DNA of 64,000 nt from Geosiphon pyriformis uo1 (taxonomy: Eukaryota > Fungi > Glomeromycota): NCBI GenBank assembly GCA_016748015.1, contig JAAOMT010000295.1, forward strand, positions 1,054,001-1,118,000, given 5' to 3'. The notes beneath the pieces were generated by a model that saw only the letters and a program-made list of their open reading frames with translations, had not been told where the DNA came from and searched no databases. A program made the translations under genes and the position numbers. Shown in pieces: positions 25,717 through 40,969 of this stretch (position 1 is its first letter; each line of letters begins with the position of its first letter).

Positions 25717-28700
25717 ATGGTTCAATCAAAAAACGGAAAAGGAAATTCAATAATACTAGCTTGTTTAGGCGGATAAATCAACACTGCAGATACCGACAAC
25801 ATCATAATCTAAGTTTAGCAGATTTCACAAAAAAGGAAATTTTATTCGGGGTTGAGTTTTGCCCAGAAAATTAGTATCATATCAGATATTAGCTAATTTT
25901 ATGATAATTAGTGATAGTTGGTGAAAAATATTATTTGTACAGATTCTTTATTAAATTGCCGGTTGCAAGCATCTTCAGTATTTCACCAGCAATTTTTTAC
26001 TTTGCTTCAATATGTAAAATTAAATTGCAAAATTGTAAACTTTCTCTTCTTTGAATCTGGAATAGCACGCCAATGCCAGCAAAAAAAAATGCAATTTCGT
26101 TTGTTTACCGGAATTAGCCAAAGGTTTGGCGTTTGACCATCTGATCGAGTATTCCACTGTCATCATTTATTATATTAAACCTTCCATTTAGAATGTTTGT
26201 GTAAGCCAAGCTGCAATGCTGTGATTAACCGTTGTAAATATGTTCCTTTCTCTTCTATTGAATCTCAACAATTTAAAAAAGGTTTTCTGAAAGTTCCCAA
26301 GTTTCTTTTGACTCGGAAAAAAATATATGAAAATTTTCAAGATAAAAAGAGTGGATTCAAACAAACTCGTTTAATCGAATTCGTTTACCATAAATCGTAT
26401 AGAAAATTCCTCGAAAACCAGGAATTAAAGTGTGAGAACCTCGTCAATAGGAATCACTTTATCATTCACTTAATTGCATGCTTTCTAGGATAGAGTTTTT
26501 AATGAGTTGTGCAAAAAAAAAAAAAAAAAAATTGATTGAGAGGATTCTATGAGTGGTAAAATTCATAAATAAAATTTCCCAGCATTCCACATATATTCAT
26601 TCATTGGCACATATTCAATTTAAAAAAAATTTACACATGAAAGAAGAGCTCAATTATAAAAAAAAGCACCTGGCAAAACTGTAAAATCATGAGACCAGGA
26701 AAAGACATCCTTTTTCTTTTACATTTTAATCGCTAAAACAATTTCAGTGAATATTTTTTCATTGTTTAATTTTTTTGAGAGATTGAATTTCTATATCTCA
26801 TTTTTATTTGAAGAATTTTTATAAAGTACTAAAAATGATATATTTACTAACGAGTAGGCAAGAAATGTCCGCACGTCACATTCAGAAAGTAGAAAGTAGA
26901 AAGTGAATATTAAATATATGCAGAGAACCTGATGTTTGAGACTTCGATTAGAGGAATATCATTTTATGCTGTGGCCTATTAATTTCAGACTTCACGTATA
27001 CAAATAAATTTTGGTAATTGTTTCAAAAATCAAGTTTTCCAAGTTCTAAGTAGGTAAGTATGTAAATGATGAAATGTACACAGAATAACAAAAGTTTCTC
27101 ATTGAAATTTGACTATAATAGCTCACAAAATACTTTTCTGAGAAACAAGAGTTTTGAAATGTTTCTAACTATGAATCTCAAGTAACTAGAAATTGAGACA
27201 AAAAGAGTCTATCAGAAAAATTGACCCAATTCAAAGATTTATTTGTTTTTGAATTTGATATTTATTGTTTTCTTTAAAAACTCATTAGATTCTAGAGAAA
27301 AAAATTGTAACCAAATGCAGCTACACAGTCTACCATTGAAAGCAAAGTTCTTTTATTTTTCATTAGAAAATATTGAGTCATCTGCTCACAAGTTATTTGT
27401 TACTGAATCAGCATTATAAAGCGTCCAGAACTGATTATATAAAATTGGTCTCCCCCCCCCCCAAAACATTTCATAAAAGACGATCATTTTAAAAATAGGG
27501 AAAACGTTTAATTTTAATCTACTTGTACGAAGGGACACAAAAATTTTTCAATTTATTAAATGTCATACGGGAATTTTTTGTGAATAATTAAACGCACGAT
27601 TGTTGTTTTCATCTAAGTTCTAAATAGATGGGGAAAAGAGAGTAATATATCAAACTTTATATTATAATGTGAGAATAAATATATTGGATTGGTAATAATT
27701 CGTTCTGTAGATTGACTGAGAAACTTAAAAACCATATTTTTCAGCTTACAAGAAAATTTTAATATCATTATGTAATTTATAAGAACCTAACTTCTTTTTA
27801 TTCATTTCAATTTTGCCTCTAAATAAATTTGACACTGAAAAACTCTATCCAACGTTGTAAGCGAGTTTAAGCAATATCAACAATAAAGTTAAGACTATTT
27901 CCCTTTTTCGAAGACTTAAATGAATTAGAAATCTAAACATCCAAATGTAATTCAATCAACAAAAATAAAAGCTCGCGCTCTTCTATCATTATCATTGAAA
28001 TAACCTAATTAGAAAGCTTTTAGAGAAATCAAAGTCAAAATAAAGCTAGATCTTGGTCATCTTACATCTCGATTGAAAATGTAAATATTGTGTTGGTCAC
28101 TGCAAGATTAGAAAAGGCTTGGTCAGGTGATTAGTAATTGTATCGAAAAACGAGTAAAAAAGGGATTGGTGTGTGAGAGTAAAATTGTGAGAAGTGTGAT
28201 TTAAAAATTAAAAAAAAAAACTTGGTTGCGGGAGGAGGGGGTTTTGAAGTTTTTTTTTATTTAGAAATTTTTATAGTGTGGTGCGATATACATGAAAGGT
28301 AGTTTTAAGAAAATTTTTCAATAGGACAAATAAAAAGTTCTCATGAATATGAAATTAGATTTTTTAAACAATCAAATTTCTCCTAATTTCCTTCTCATAA
28401 TTTTTGATATTGTTTACATAAATGAAAAAACGAGTTGATCACGCTTTTTTTTGATATACACCGATCCTTGAGACCAAAAACTTTCTTTTAAAACCTTAAA
28501 GTACCATGTTTTTGTAACTATTTTTTTATACGATGATTTGAGCTAAAGAATTTTTGGAAAAAATCGAAGTGTGAATGCAGTATTAAATTTTTTTTTCATA
28601 CCCCTTAAATTTACAAAGCCTTAACTTTTGGTCAATGAAAAAGGAAAAATGAGAAAATTTTTAAGTATTGTTCCAAATTTCCGTTTATAGAAAAAAAATT

Positions 28701-31700
28701 AATTTTTAATTTTTACGGAGGATAATTTCAATCACTTTAAGGACAATCCCTCATTTTGAAACAAGTGATGAATAAAATTTTACTCTCACATCTACATAAA
28801 TATGTGCAAATTATTTATCTAAGGTAAAAAAAAAAATCTTTTTCAAAACTTTTTTAGATAAACATCAAGTTTTTTTTTTGTAGAAATTCTTAAATTAATT
28901 TATTACAAGTGAATTTCCAAATTTTTATTTCAACTTAATTTATCCAAAATATTTTTTAGTCGGGATAGGATAGTTAATTGTCATTTTTATAATATCCATC
29001 AAAGTGAAAACATTTCAAAATAGCTAACTTCAAAAATGTAAAGATTAAAATAGTTTAGACAAGATAGTTTATTTTTTTCTAGACTAATTTAACTTTTGAA
29101 TTAAAATTTTTTTTTGAAACTTACAGCTATAACAGGTTACTTTTTTGTCATTTAAATAAAATTTTGTTTTTCTTTTTGAAGCCAAATCAAAAACATGAAC
29201 TTGATTCAAGAGAAAAAATTATCATTTGGTAGTTTTAGTGAGGTGTTTTGCAAAATTATTAAAAAATGTATTAATACAAAACATAATAAATTAATTAAAC
29301 TTAGTAGCTTTAAAATTGAAAATTTTCCAAAAGAAATCATCCTTGGCACATGATTGAAAACATATATATATATACAAAAATAATATATGAATTTTTTCAA
29401 ACAATATAACTGGTGCATTTTTGAAAGATAAAGAAAACTTGAAACAGAGAGCCAAATCAAAAGTCTATATTGAGTTCGGAAAAAACTGGTTTTAGATTAG
29501 ACTGTAGAATTAAATTAAATTCATATATTTAATTTTTTTTTTAAAAAGATCTCTGGTTTTTTGTCTTTCTTTAAGCCAATATTATAATCATCTAGCATTC
29601 AAAAGCGTACAAGATAAATGAATTTTATTTTGTAAGAAATACACAAAAAAGTTGAGTGAGTTTTTAAAAATTTGCATTTTTAATTTCAAATTGAATGATA
29701 AAATTTTCCAATCCACGCTTCTATATTAATATTAAACATTGAATGCTATTTATCTTTACAATTTTAGATTAAAATAATAAAAATAAATAATAATGATATC
29801 TTTTACTCTTCAGAAATTCACCATTCCAAAACTGAATATTTGAAAATATTTTTTACAGATTACACGACCACAAGGTATCTAATTTTTAATTGATTTCTAA
29901 TGAATAACTTTAGGATCTTTTAAGAAGTATGTTTACTATGACAAGAACCTTTCTATCTGTTTTAGAATATATTTTTCAATTCAATCTTGACATAAGTTTT
30001 TGAAAGAACTTGCTATAAAAGTAGCTCTTTCTTCACCGTAAATTTTTTATGTTTCCTTCAAGCGAGGCTTTAAAAGTATTTTGTGATTTCAAAGTACTAT
30101 AAAAAATATGTAGACTCCTGAAAATTTTATAAATGCTGACATAAATTTTATATATTCTTATTTAACAAAGTTTTAGGAAATTTTTGAATGAATAAATATT
30201 TTGACTTTTAAACTATAAAAAATTTCAACTCTAGAAAATAGAAATAGAAAACTTAATCCAAATTATTGGGTTTTTTATAGAAAAAAGAACAAATATTTTA
30301 GTTTAAATTTTTAAACTTAGATAATTGAGATTCAAGAACTATTAAATTTAGGAAAAAGAAAATCTGCTAGTTTTTTCTTTAAAAGATATCATCAAAGAAC
30401 TGAGTCTCTGGTTTATTATTTAAATTTTTTATCATAGATTTTCCAGTTAAGTTTACAATATAATCACCAAAGGTTTTTTATAATTTAGATAGGTTATTTA
30501 ATTTTGTGAAAAACTCACTAAAGAATCAAGCTCAAAATGAAAAAGAATATTTTTAAGGTTTTTTATGTGCATGTACATGTACATGTACATATACACGTAT
30601 CATTCATGAATTATTGCTTATATTAAATGAGAGATACAAAGAAAAATAGACAAATAAGTGAGTATTGCCCCTTTTTTTTAATCATTTCCAAAAAGGGTGA
30701 AAAATTTCATTCATTTCAAAAAATTAATGACATGGAAATATTACTCCATTGTTTACTAGGTCTTGTATCACGAGCTCAAGATAATTTCTAAATCCTGACC
30801 ATAATAGCTTGAATCCAACCTGTAATTGATACAAAGATTCGTGAGAATTGCCAATTTACTTCCTCAAATATTGTTAAAAAAGCGTTCATTTAAAAGCACA
30901 TGCTTCTCTCAGAGCTTTCCCTATCTCCGGAGCAGTTCAAAAAACATGGTCAAGCTCAAGGAGTGCATTCGTATGTTGGTAATCGGTTATCAGATACACA
31001 GAGGTTATTGTTTCCTTTTGTAGACATGTAGACGAATATCCTCATCACAACAATAGTTTATGAGTTATGCATTGTCAATGGATTATAGGATTTAGATTCA
31101 ATAAATTGGGGAAACGAAAAATATTTCCAACATCAGCTTTAGATTGATGGTATCATACGAAATAAAATAGACAAGTATCGTTTTCATTTCAAAATAAATG
31201 AAATAATTCATTATACTGGGCTTACTATGAAATTTTTCCTCATAATAGTTATTTATTAAGAAAAACTGTGACTTAATTCACTTATTTTAAATTATTAAAA
31301 TTGTGAAATTTTTTCAAATGCCAATAGATTGATTAAAGATTTACATGAAAAAATATATTAGGAAACTTGTTTAATATTTAAAGCTTCACCTATCCCATAT
31401 GGTCATTGAAGTTTGTTGATTTATCGTTACATATAGTCATTCATGTAAAAAACATAGGAAACTTTGATTATTTGGAAAACAATTAGGAAATCTTTATTTG
31501 CAAAAGATAAGGAAATAAGTTTTAACTTGGAATTAGCAATGATAATATTTTGGGATTTTCATAATTTTGTTTAAAATCAAAGAATGAAAATTCTTTGAAT
31601 GTTCTAAGACTCGTAAGAAATGAGAATTGAGTGAAGCAAGCTTCAAATTAAGCTGAGTTATAGAAAAAAGAATTTAGTAATGAAAAAATTTTCTCCCAGT

Positions 31701-34700
31701 TTAAAAGTAGATTAAATTTTACTAATATCATTTTAGAACTTGTTAACAGATGAAATCGCTTTTTTAATTGATATTAAAATTTACTAAATATTCAAATAGC
31801 TGGTAAAATATAGATAATGAATAAAAATTTATCCTGAATTTCGAAATTAAAAGTTTTTTTTTCAATTTCTTTTTTTATAAAAAAGTTTCTTAAAGCTTAA
31901 GCGGACAAGGGGAAATAGTATTTTATATCCCTTGGAATAAAAACATTCAAAAGTAAATCTAAATTTGATATTTTTTTATTTTACTCTCTTCATCAAACTG
32001 AAATATAGTAGAATTATTGAAAAATTAATTTTGATTTATTGGCCCAATTAAACAGTTCTATTATAGAAACGATATTGATTTGACTAATTATTCGGGAATT
32101 TTGAATAAAAACCACTAAAAATCCCACGGTCAAGTTTAACCACTTTTTTTAAAAACAAAGACTAATCTCAAATTTTTAATGGAAAGTTTATCTATTGATT
32201 AGAATTAAGAAAAAAAAAGCACTTTTTTAAATGTTAAAAATATTTGGTTTGTATCAATAAAATCTTACTTCAAAAATTATTTCTGAAAAATTAACAGATT
32301 TTTGTGATATCCAAGAAAAAAATATTATATAATTAAATTTTTATAATGTCAAATAGAATAAAAAACAATTATCAAATCTTTAAAAGTTCTAAAGTTATTT
32401 ATATGCATAATAATAATGTTTTAATTATACATAAATAATTTAAAAATTAATGATGTTAATTGAATTTTTATTATTAAATGTTAACCTGAGTTTATGTGTA
32501 ATGAAAAAAGTTTAGCCAAGAAGTTTTTATGCATTTTTGACTTATATAATTAATTCAGAAAATAGTAATATAATGATTTAACTATTTTTTTTTTTGAGAT
32601 ATAAATTTATAACAAATTTAGATATTATTCATCAATTTTTGGAATACTTTTGAAAAGTTAGTGAAGTTTTATTCGAAAGCAACACGAGTTGTCAGTTATT
32701 TATTTTCATAAGAATAAATTTAAAGCAATATTACTTTGATTGTATATATAAATTTATTGTTTTTATTGTATTAAAAAGGATTTACTTTAGCAAATAATAA
32801 AAGAAATTCAATATCAGAAGAATAAAATTTTAAAATTGGGAAATAAAAATGGTATTGAATTATGACCTCCTGAATTTTAAGAAAGAAATTCTAATATAAA
32901 TAAAGCCATATTTGATATATATTTGTGATGATAATCAATAGATGGTTTAATTTTACCCAAACTGATCAAGATTTCAGTAAATAGATTACTGAGTGTAATC
33001 AAAAGCACTAATTTTTATTTTAAATAAAGTGAGTTTATTAGATCTTATATTTCAAGTGAAAATAGAAGTAGAAATTGATCCTATGTTTTAAACCATTTTG
33101 TGCTTTGATTTAATTAACAGGCATTTTATTATTCTACAAAATAAAAAGACATGGATATAATAATAGTTTTTTAAAACTACTTTCTTACCATTGAAAAACT
33201 ACCCTTTCCCATTTTTTAAAGTTGTAAATAATTTCAAATACCGCTCCCATTATTTAAAAATTTACAAGTAATTGTGAAGCTCAAATTTTTTTTGCCCCTT
33301 ACAAAATTTGCTTGAGAATGGCTACAACCTTCAAAGTATTTTCAAACTTTTTCACCACACACAAAAAACGAACTTGGCAGATCGCAAATTGTATACTAAT
33401 TATAAATTAATCTTGATCAAATAAGTAAGAATTTTTTTTATACGGTACAGCAAAAACCATGAGGTTTCACGTTATAAGAATTTTTATTTTATTAATAGAA
33501 ATTAAAAAAGAAATATTCTCCATTTATTAATTAATTCATTTTAAAAAATTTATTATATAGAAAAGTGAAGTATATATTGAATAAAATACAAAAAAAAATT
33601 TTTGAAAAAATGTTTAAAGAATAATATAAAAAGAGACTAATAATATAAAGAGTGAAAAATATATTTATTACAAATTTTATCTTAATTGTGAGAAGTGGTC
33701 GAATATAAAATGACCATTTTTATAATATTTTTAACTTCTATATTTATCATATTTTTACCGACATATAAAATTAAAATATGTAAATTGTAAACAGAATTTT
33801 AATAAACCTTTTTGAAATACACAGTCTTTTCAATCTACTAAAGTATTTTTTCTTTTGAGACAGATACCGTTAATCTAAAACTCGGAAATTTTCTGCAGGT
33901 CTTTAGGAGTTGCTTTATACAATTCCAAATTGGGAAAAATTTGAAAAAGCGGTTTAGTTTTTCAATAAAAAATTTTCACTCGTATGTATTTTTACCAAAT
34001 GACAAGAATGCACAATTTGATGTTTTCAATGTTTTACGGATGAATTGAATTAGTCAAATAAATTGCATACATATAAAAAGACTTTTTTCTTTTTTGATTC
34101 ATCTGCAACTTTAAATAGTTTTAACTTGTTTCCCTAAATTTTATATTTTTTCATAATCAGTCTTGAATACGTTTATGATATCATATTGTGCACTGATCTG
34201 TTGTTAATTTTTTATGATTTATTTTTTTCCATTCTTCTGCGAAAGATTCATTGGACATCATAAGATTAATATAAGATAAGCAGAAAAAAATTTAAATTAA
34301 TATTTTAATTTTATTATTAAGTAAAAATTGTTTGGCTGAAATCGTTTTTCAATAATTAAAAATTGACTTATATTAAATTAAAAACTTAACCATATATAAT
34401 TATATTATTATTATTATTATTATTATTATTCCAAAAATGAAATTTTTTTTTATCTGAATTTTATTAGTTGATTCTTTAACTTAAAAATGATTATTTAAAA
34501 AATTAAATTTATCAATCAATAATCATTAAAATTTTTCTAGATATGAATTCTGAATTGGTTAATTAAATTTTTGATTGATTTCTGAATATTTTTGTTTTGA
34601 TTTATAAAAAGTATACTAATCAAAATTTATTGTTAACTTTTAGATTTTAAGATTTAGAATTGAAAATTGCACTTTCCTTTTTAGTTAAAAAAGCTAATTT

Positions 34701-37700
34701 TACAATAAAAAATAGAATTTTTATGATGTTACAAAAGCATACTTTTTTGAAAAGAATCAATAAATTATACATATTAGTAACGTAAAAGTTATTTGATATC
34801 GATTGTTTGCTAAGCATTTCGTCATATAAATAATTTATACATTTTAGACTGTTGAAATGAAAATCTGAATTTCAGTTGATTTGAAATTTTCTATATGTAA
34901 TGAAAATTGTTTCATTCTTAAATATGTAAAGGTTGATATTAATATAATTAATTTCCTAAATTGCTAGAATATTTTTCAAATGAAAATAAAGAGGTTGAGA
35001 TTGTTTCCTTTTATTTAGACCTTAATATATTAGATAAGTTAAAAAAAATATTTGTAAAAGATCAAATTCTTTCTTTGAGCGAACAACCATTTCTTGAAAA
35101 GTCCCACGTCAAATATGATACACATTTCAAAATTGACCTTTTGATTTCAAATTAGGTGCATCTCGATTTTTTAAATCTGAAAAAAAGTTCTTTTGGATGA
35201 GATATTAAAATCTATTAAATGAAATCTGATTTTAGACAAAATTAAATTTACACAATGTAATAAGACAAATTACAAAATTCTAATTCCATAAAAATAATTT
35301 TCCAACTTGTAATTGACAATTCTTGCCAAGATTTTATTTTCTAATAAACCTTTTGAGACTCTTTTGATTAGTCCTATTCTTAAGCGCTCAATGCTCAAAA
35401 AAGTGAGCAGATAATGTGTTTGTTTTTAATCATTGTTGGAAATGAGAAACATCAATTCTTCTTGAACTAAAATATAAAGTTTGGATGATTCACTAATTCC
35501 CAGATTTTATTTCTCATAAATGCTTAAGTAAGCTGATTTTGCAAGCCAGTAATAACAATTTTTCCTCACATATTTCGTCATGTTGGAAAAAAGAATAAAA
35601 AAGGGTTTGAACCTGTGATAAACTATGACAATCAATTTTCTCAACTACGACACTATATTAATATTTAAATAAATTGAATTTATCTTTAAATAGAAGTTAA
35701 AAGATATATATTATGCTTTACCTGAACAATATGCTAATATAAAGTCAAAGAGAAACTTTTATTTTTTTTCACCGAGGCAATTACGTACTATTGCTGAGTT
35801 TCTTTTAGCGACAAATTGAACTCCCACGAAGTGCGGGAACTTTTATATCTCGATCTCCAATTTTTTAGATGACATAAAAAATAGCGGAATCTGAGGTTTT
35901 AAAGTTTATAGGCTTAATGTATTAGTCCGGTAATCTTCACTGTTTTCATTAACACTTATCATTAATTCCAAGTGAATAAAATTCGATATCTAAGTTAATC
36001 ATCAGCAAAGCTTTAATAATATAGAAATTTTAATTTGTAATAATGCTAATACTTATTCCATTTAAATTTATGAGAATAATTGTAGTCAACGATTGACTAC
36101 TTGAAAAATTTAACCCTAAATTCAAATATTTTCATAACTGCCTTTTAACTTTAATTTATAAGTATTTCAAATTTCAAATTTTGGCAAGTTTTCTCAATCA
36201 ATATATTTATATGAGCAATAAGATTGGCTTCAGAAATTTAACTTTATATTTTATCCCCACTGAGATTCCTTTTGGAATAGAAAATTATTTGAAAAAATTA
36301 GTTTAACTTTTTTTGAAACGATTTTCGAGTTGTATATTATTATTAATTAATAATAATTGGTCATTTTTTTTATTAGACGGTAAAAGCCATATAGAATTAA
36401 TTGTATTTAGATAAACTAAACTTAATAGAAGGTTTGTCTAACTTTGTTTATTAAAAGTTTTTCCGCTCTTTTCCTTAAAAGTTTGTAAGTAAATTAAAAA
36501 AGAAATATAAACAAAAGATAAAAAAAATTTTTCCCGACTTCTTTGGTATCCAAACCTAGTAAAAATTCAACAATATTTTAAAATTGGACTTTAACCTAAA
36601 TACAACTAGTCACTGGCTACTGGTCTACTAATATTATGTTTATGAGTTTATTCTCATCCTTTTCTTTGCTTTTTCGAGAATAATATTATTTTGATAAGAA
36701 ACTTTGAAAGACGAAAATAATTTTTGTTTAAAACTTTTAAGATTCACATTCTATGGGTTAATTTTACCGATAATTTTTCCTTTAAGGTGAAGAAAATTCA
36801 AAAAATTTTCAAACTTACTTCTTATACAAATATAGAGTAAAAATATGAAAAAAATAATACAAATAAATACAATTTAACTTGTCACCATATATAAACCCTG
36901 ATTATGAAATTTACAGATGTAAAAATAGATTCTATTCTTTTAATAAGTCAACAGAAATGTTTTTTTTTGTAAATAAATAATATAACTATTTGTTTTAATT
37001 TCTTTAAAAATAAACAGGTTAATTGTTTTGCTTTTGAATTTTGTTTTAATTAATTAAACAATATTTTGTTATTATGTAATTTTTAAGTAGTTTTATGTTT
37101 TTGTCGTTAAAGCTTTTTATTTAATTAATTGTCAAAATTTGTCAATTTTTATTTTTTATTGTTATTTAATATATTCAAGTTTTTTATAAGTTTTTAAATA
37201 ATAACGGGTGGCTAATCAAATGTAAAAAACGCGTGAGCCACGTTTATTATAGAACATGTATATGTGTATATAGATAGTGGTTAGATTACATTCAATTTTT
37301 TTAATATTACCCAATTTTTTTTTTTAAATAATTTATAACTTATTGATCTCAATTTTTTTTTAATTAAAAGCAAAAAATTATGGTTGGTAAAGTTTATTGA
37401 TGACATGATAAACAATTAAATCAGAAATAAAAAGCATCAAATATATATTAATAATATTAATTAATAGAAAATGCTTAACCAAAATTTTTAATTTATTTAA
37501 ATTCAAAAAAGTAAAAATGTTTTAATTATAAAATTTTGTCCTAAAAATTCAATTAATCAAATAAACAATTGCATTACACTAATTTATTAAAAGAATTTAC
37601 AAAGTACAAATTAAATCAATCATCTTCTCGATTGGAAAAATAATTTTAAAATTGGGACGAATGTATTTTAAGTTTAAAACATTTCAAATAAAATATTCCT

Positions 37701-40700
37701 GATAGCAGAGCAAACATATTTTCAATTAGCGACCTCTTGCTAAACTTTTCGAACAAATTTACTTAAAAACCAAAAAATATTCAGACTTGAAATTTTTTGT
37801 TTCTCTAACTCTTCTTGGGAAACTCAAAGTAATAAAAATTTTGATAAAGATTTTATAATTTTAAGCATTTATATCTATTTCCAGTTTCTTTGCTTCCATA
37901 AACACAAGAATCGTATTTAATATGCGACTACAATTTGACAAAAGCTAGAATTTATCAATAAATAATGAGATCATAATTTTTATTTAAAAAAAATTTACAT
38001 TCAAAATAAGTATTAAAGGATTTATTAGGATTAAGTTGAGAGGGAAATTAAAATGCTATATAAATTGCAGAATGCTTTTAACCTTGATACTTTGATTTAG
38101 AGAGATAAAATCCTTGTAAATAAAGTGATCAAATTAGAAAGCTAAAAACTTGATATGTTCTACAAAGCACTTTTTCTTATTTTTGAAAATTCTTAAAATA
38201 AAAAATGCAACATGGAATATTTTTTAAGGGATAAAATCAAGATTTTTATAAATTTTCTTCTTAAATTCAAGGTGCCTCAATTTCATGAGTTAAACTTTTT
38301 CTCCTTTTTATTTGTTCAGAAATTTTATGATAATTTACATTGAATACAATATCTTGGTCTTTCTCTTAAACGTCAACATTGTTGTATTTTGCCAAAGAAG
38401 AACCAATAGAGCATTTGACTTCAAAAAAAATAATCTAACTAGATATTTCTTTATCATTAAAAAAATATAATTCTCTTCAAAAGATCTGAGAAACAGCCGG
38501 ATATTTGAAAGCTATAGCATATAGTCTAAAAGAGTTTGAAATTTCAGTGTATCACAATCATTAATTTTGTAAATAATTGAAATTCTAATGGCTACTCCCT
38601 TTAGAAAGATTCAAATAAAAATTATTTTAAAATTATGATTAAATAAAACTTGAGAATTTTTGAATATTCAAAATAAAAGTTCATTTTATATTTTTGAGTT
38701 TTTTATCATAGCCAAGTTTAACTGGTTTTTTTCTTGATTTTAAATAGGACTTTTTTAAATCGGTAATAGAATAAAAAAAGTACATGATAATCCTAATAAT
38801 TGTGGTTTCACAAAATTAAATAAGCGCTTTATTTTTCCATTTTGTATTGTCTTATTACTAAAGACATTTTAGAAGCTGCGGTCAATAAAGCTGAAATATT
38901 AATGCATTCTAACTTGATTGTATGAGGCTGGAAGTTTTGTATTCTAAATAAAGGGAATATTATTCATTATGATTTACTTTTATTTGAATTTACCCTGCAG
39001 CCATTAATTAAATAAGGAAAACTCGGATCATATCTATCATTTCAAAAGAAATATTATTAAATATTTTCAATACTATGGTCAATCCTGAAGCTTTCAGGAT
39101 CTCTATTTTAAATATTTCCTTTATTTATTGGTCATTTTCAGGTGAAAGGATTTCATATTATCCACTTAATTATAAATTTGCACAAAAGGTAAAGGTGACC
39201 CCTTAAAAATGATTTATTTCAAGCTTTCACGGGTTTAAAAAAAGTGAGAACCTGATGATACCATATTTATAGGGTTCATTTAATTTAGAATATAAAAATG
39301 ACATAAGAGTAATTATATATATGTTTCCTTTCATCTCTAAAAATGAAAAATTCTAGCATTGGAATGACCAGTTCCATTATCAACTTTCAATTCAGGTTTT
39401 AAATTTGAAAAGAATATTCTAGCTAAAATATGATTGATGCAAGCCCTTCTAGCCCAAATTCATTCACAAAATACTTAAACGGTTGAATACATTATAAAAA
39501 GATATACATGTATTATGCCTAAGCAATATTTGCCAAAAGAGCTGGCAACGTTTTAATTCAGGATTGGTTCAAGAATACAGCATACCATTTAACATTATTA
39601 AACTTGTTTAAACATAGTCTATTAAAAAATATTCAAGATCCTAATGAAAAAACTCTAATGCTGTATTTTTTGTGCTTTAAAGTTGTCCTTGGGGGTTGTT
39701 TAAAATTATACTTTGACGAGGTTTATTAAAGCAAGCAAATGTAAAAGTTTTGTTTCAAAAAATATCTTTAGAATAGGAGATTCTTATAATTATGTAATGC
39801 TATGCTTCAATTTTTTTTTACAAAGAAACCAAAAAAGATCATTAATCTGATTATTTCGGAAGTTTTGAATCTAGAACCTTCTTTATGATCGACTTACTCC
39901 TATGTTTATAGAAAGGATTCAAATATCTTTGATTTAGAAAGAATAGCTTAAGATTTGGGTCAATCTTTACAGACTGAATTTTAACTCTTTTGGAATGAGT
40001 TTAAAAAAGAATAAATTTGATGAAATGATAGATGACTCTTTTGTAATTTGAAGTAAGTTTTTAATTTCTAGGTCAATCATTTTGATGAGAAAAAAAAATT
40101 TACTTGCAAGCTAATGTGAATCTCTCATTATTACGGAGAAAGCCTTACATTAATAACCTTTTTTTAATACGAAGTTTTACTTTGAGATTCCTAATTCTTA
40201 TTTTTTTTATATGGGAGTCAATTTGCTTCCAAAAAATCCTAGTGTAAGAATTCAAAGGAAATTTTCATGAACCTATAATATACATCCCCATAAATAAGGG
40301 GCAGTAAAAAATTTAGATATAAACTAGCCCCTTTTTTTTTCTGAACTTGAAATTTATCATTCGTTTGAATTTAAAGTTAATATGATATAAAAATTTATTT
40401 TACTGTTAATGATAAAAATAAAATTTTACGTGCAGGTGAAACTTGTATCAAAATTATTGCACAATAAAACAAAAATTATCAGACGTTGTTAAGTTAATAT
40501 TTGTCTGTTTCCTTTTTCCTTTTTCTTTTTTTACGTCTCCTTTTTAGGAATAGAAAATTGAGACCAATTGTTGTTTAAAATTTAAAAACTTAATTTTTAA
40601 TTTTCTTTATTTGAATATTCATTTAAAGAATTGTATTAAATAATGTACAAAAGAAATAAAAAGTATTTTAAAAGCTTAATTTAAATGAATAAAAAAATTT

Positions 40701-40969
40701 TGACTTTGTAAAAATCCTATGGTTAGATGGAATAAAATAAAACTATATTTTAAGGGGAAAATACCCTCCTATGCTAAAATTGGTGAGAAATTTTAAAAAT
40801 ATGGCTTAAATTTTTCATTAATTAATTTCCTATCTTTGAAAATGAAAACTCGTGAAAAAAAATGCTAATTATTCCTGTGCAAATATTTTGACTATATTCT
40901 ATTGAGATTAACATTTCATGCTTTCATAGATAATATTATTTGACTTGGAAACTAGTCTAGATATGCGAT

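Noticed and set aside
27910-27960. LNELEI / KHPNVIQ, resembling kinase subdomains III-IV
   Set aside because: Too short, with no other kinase motifs nearby.
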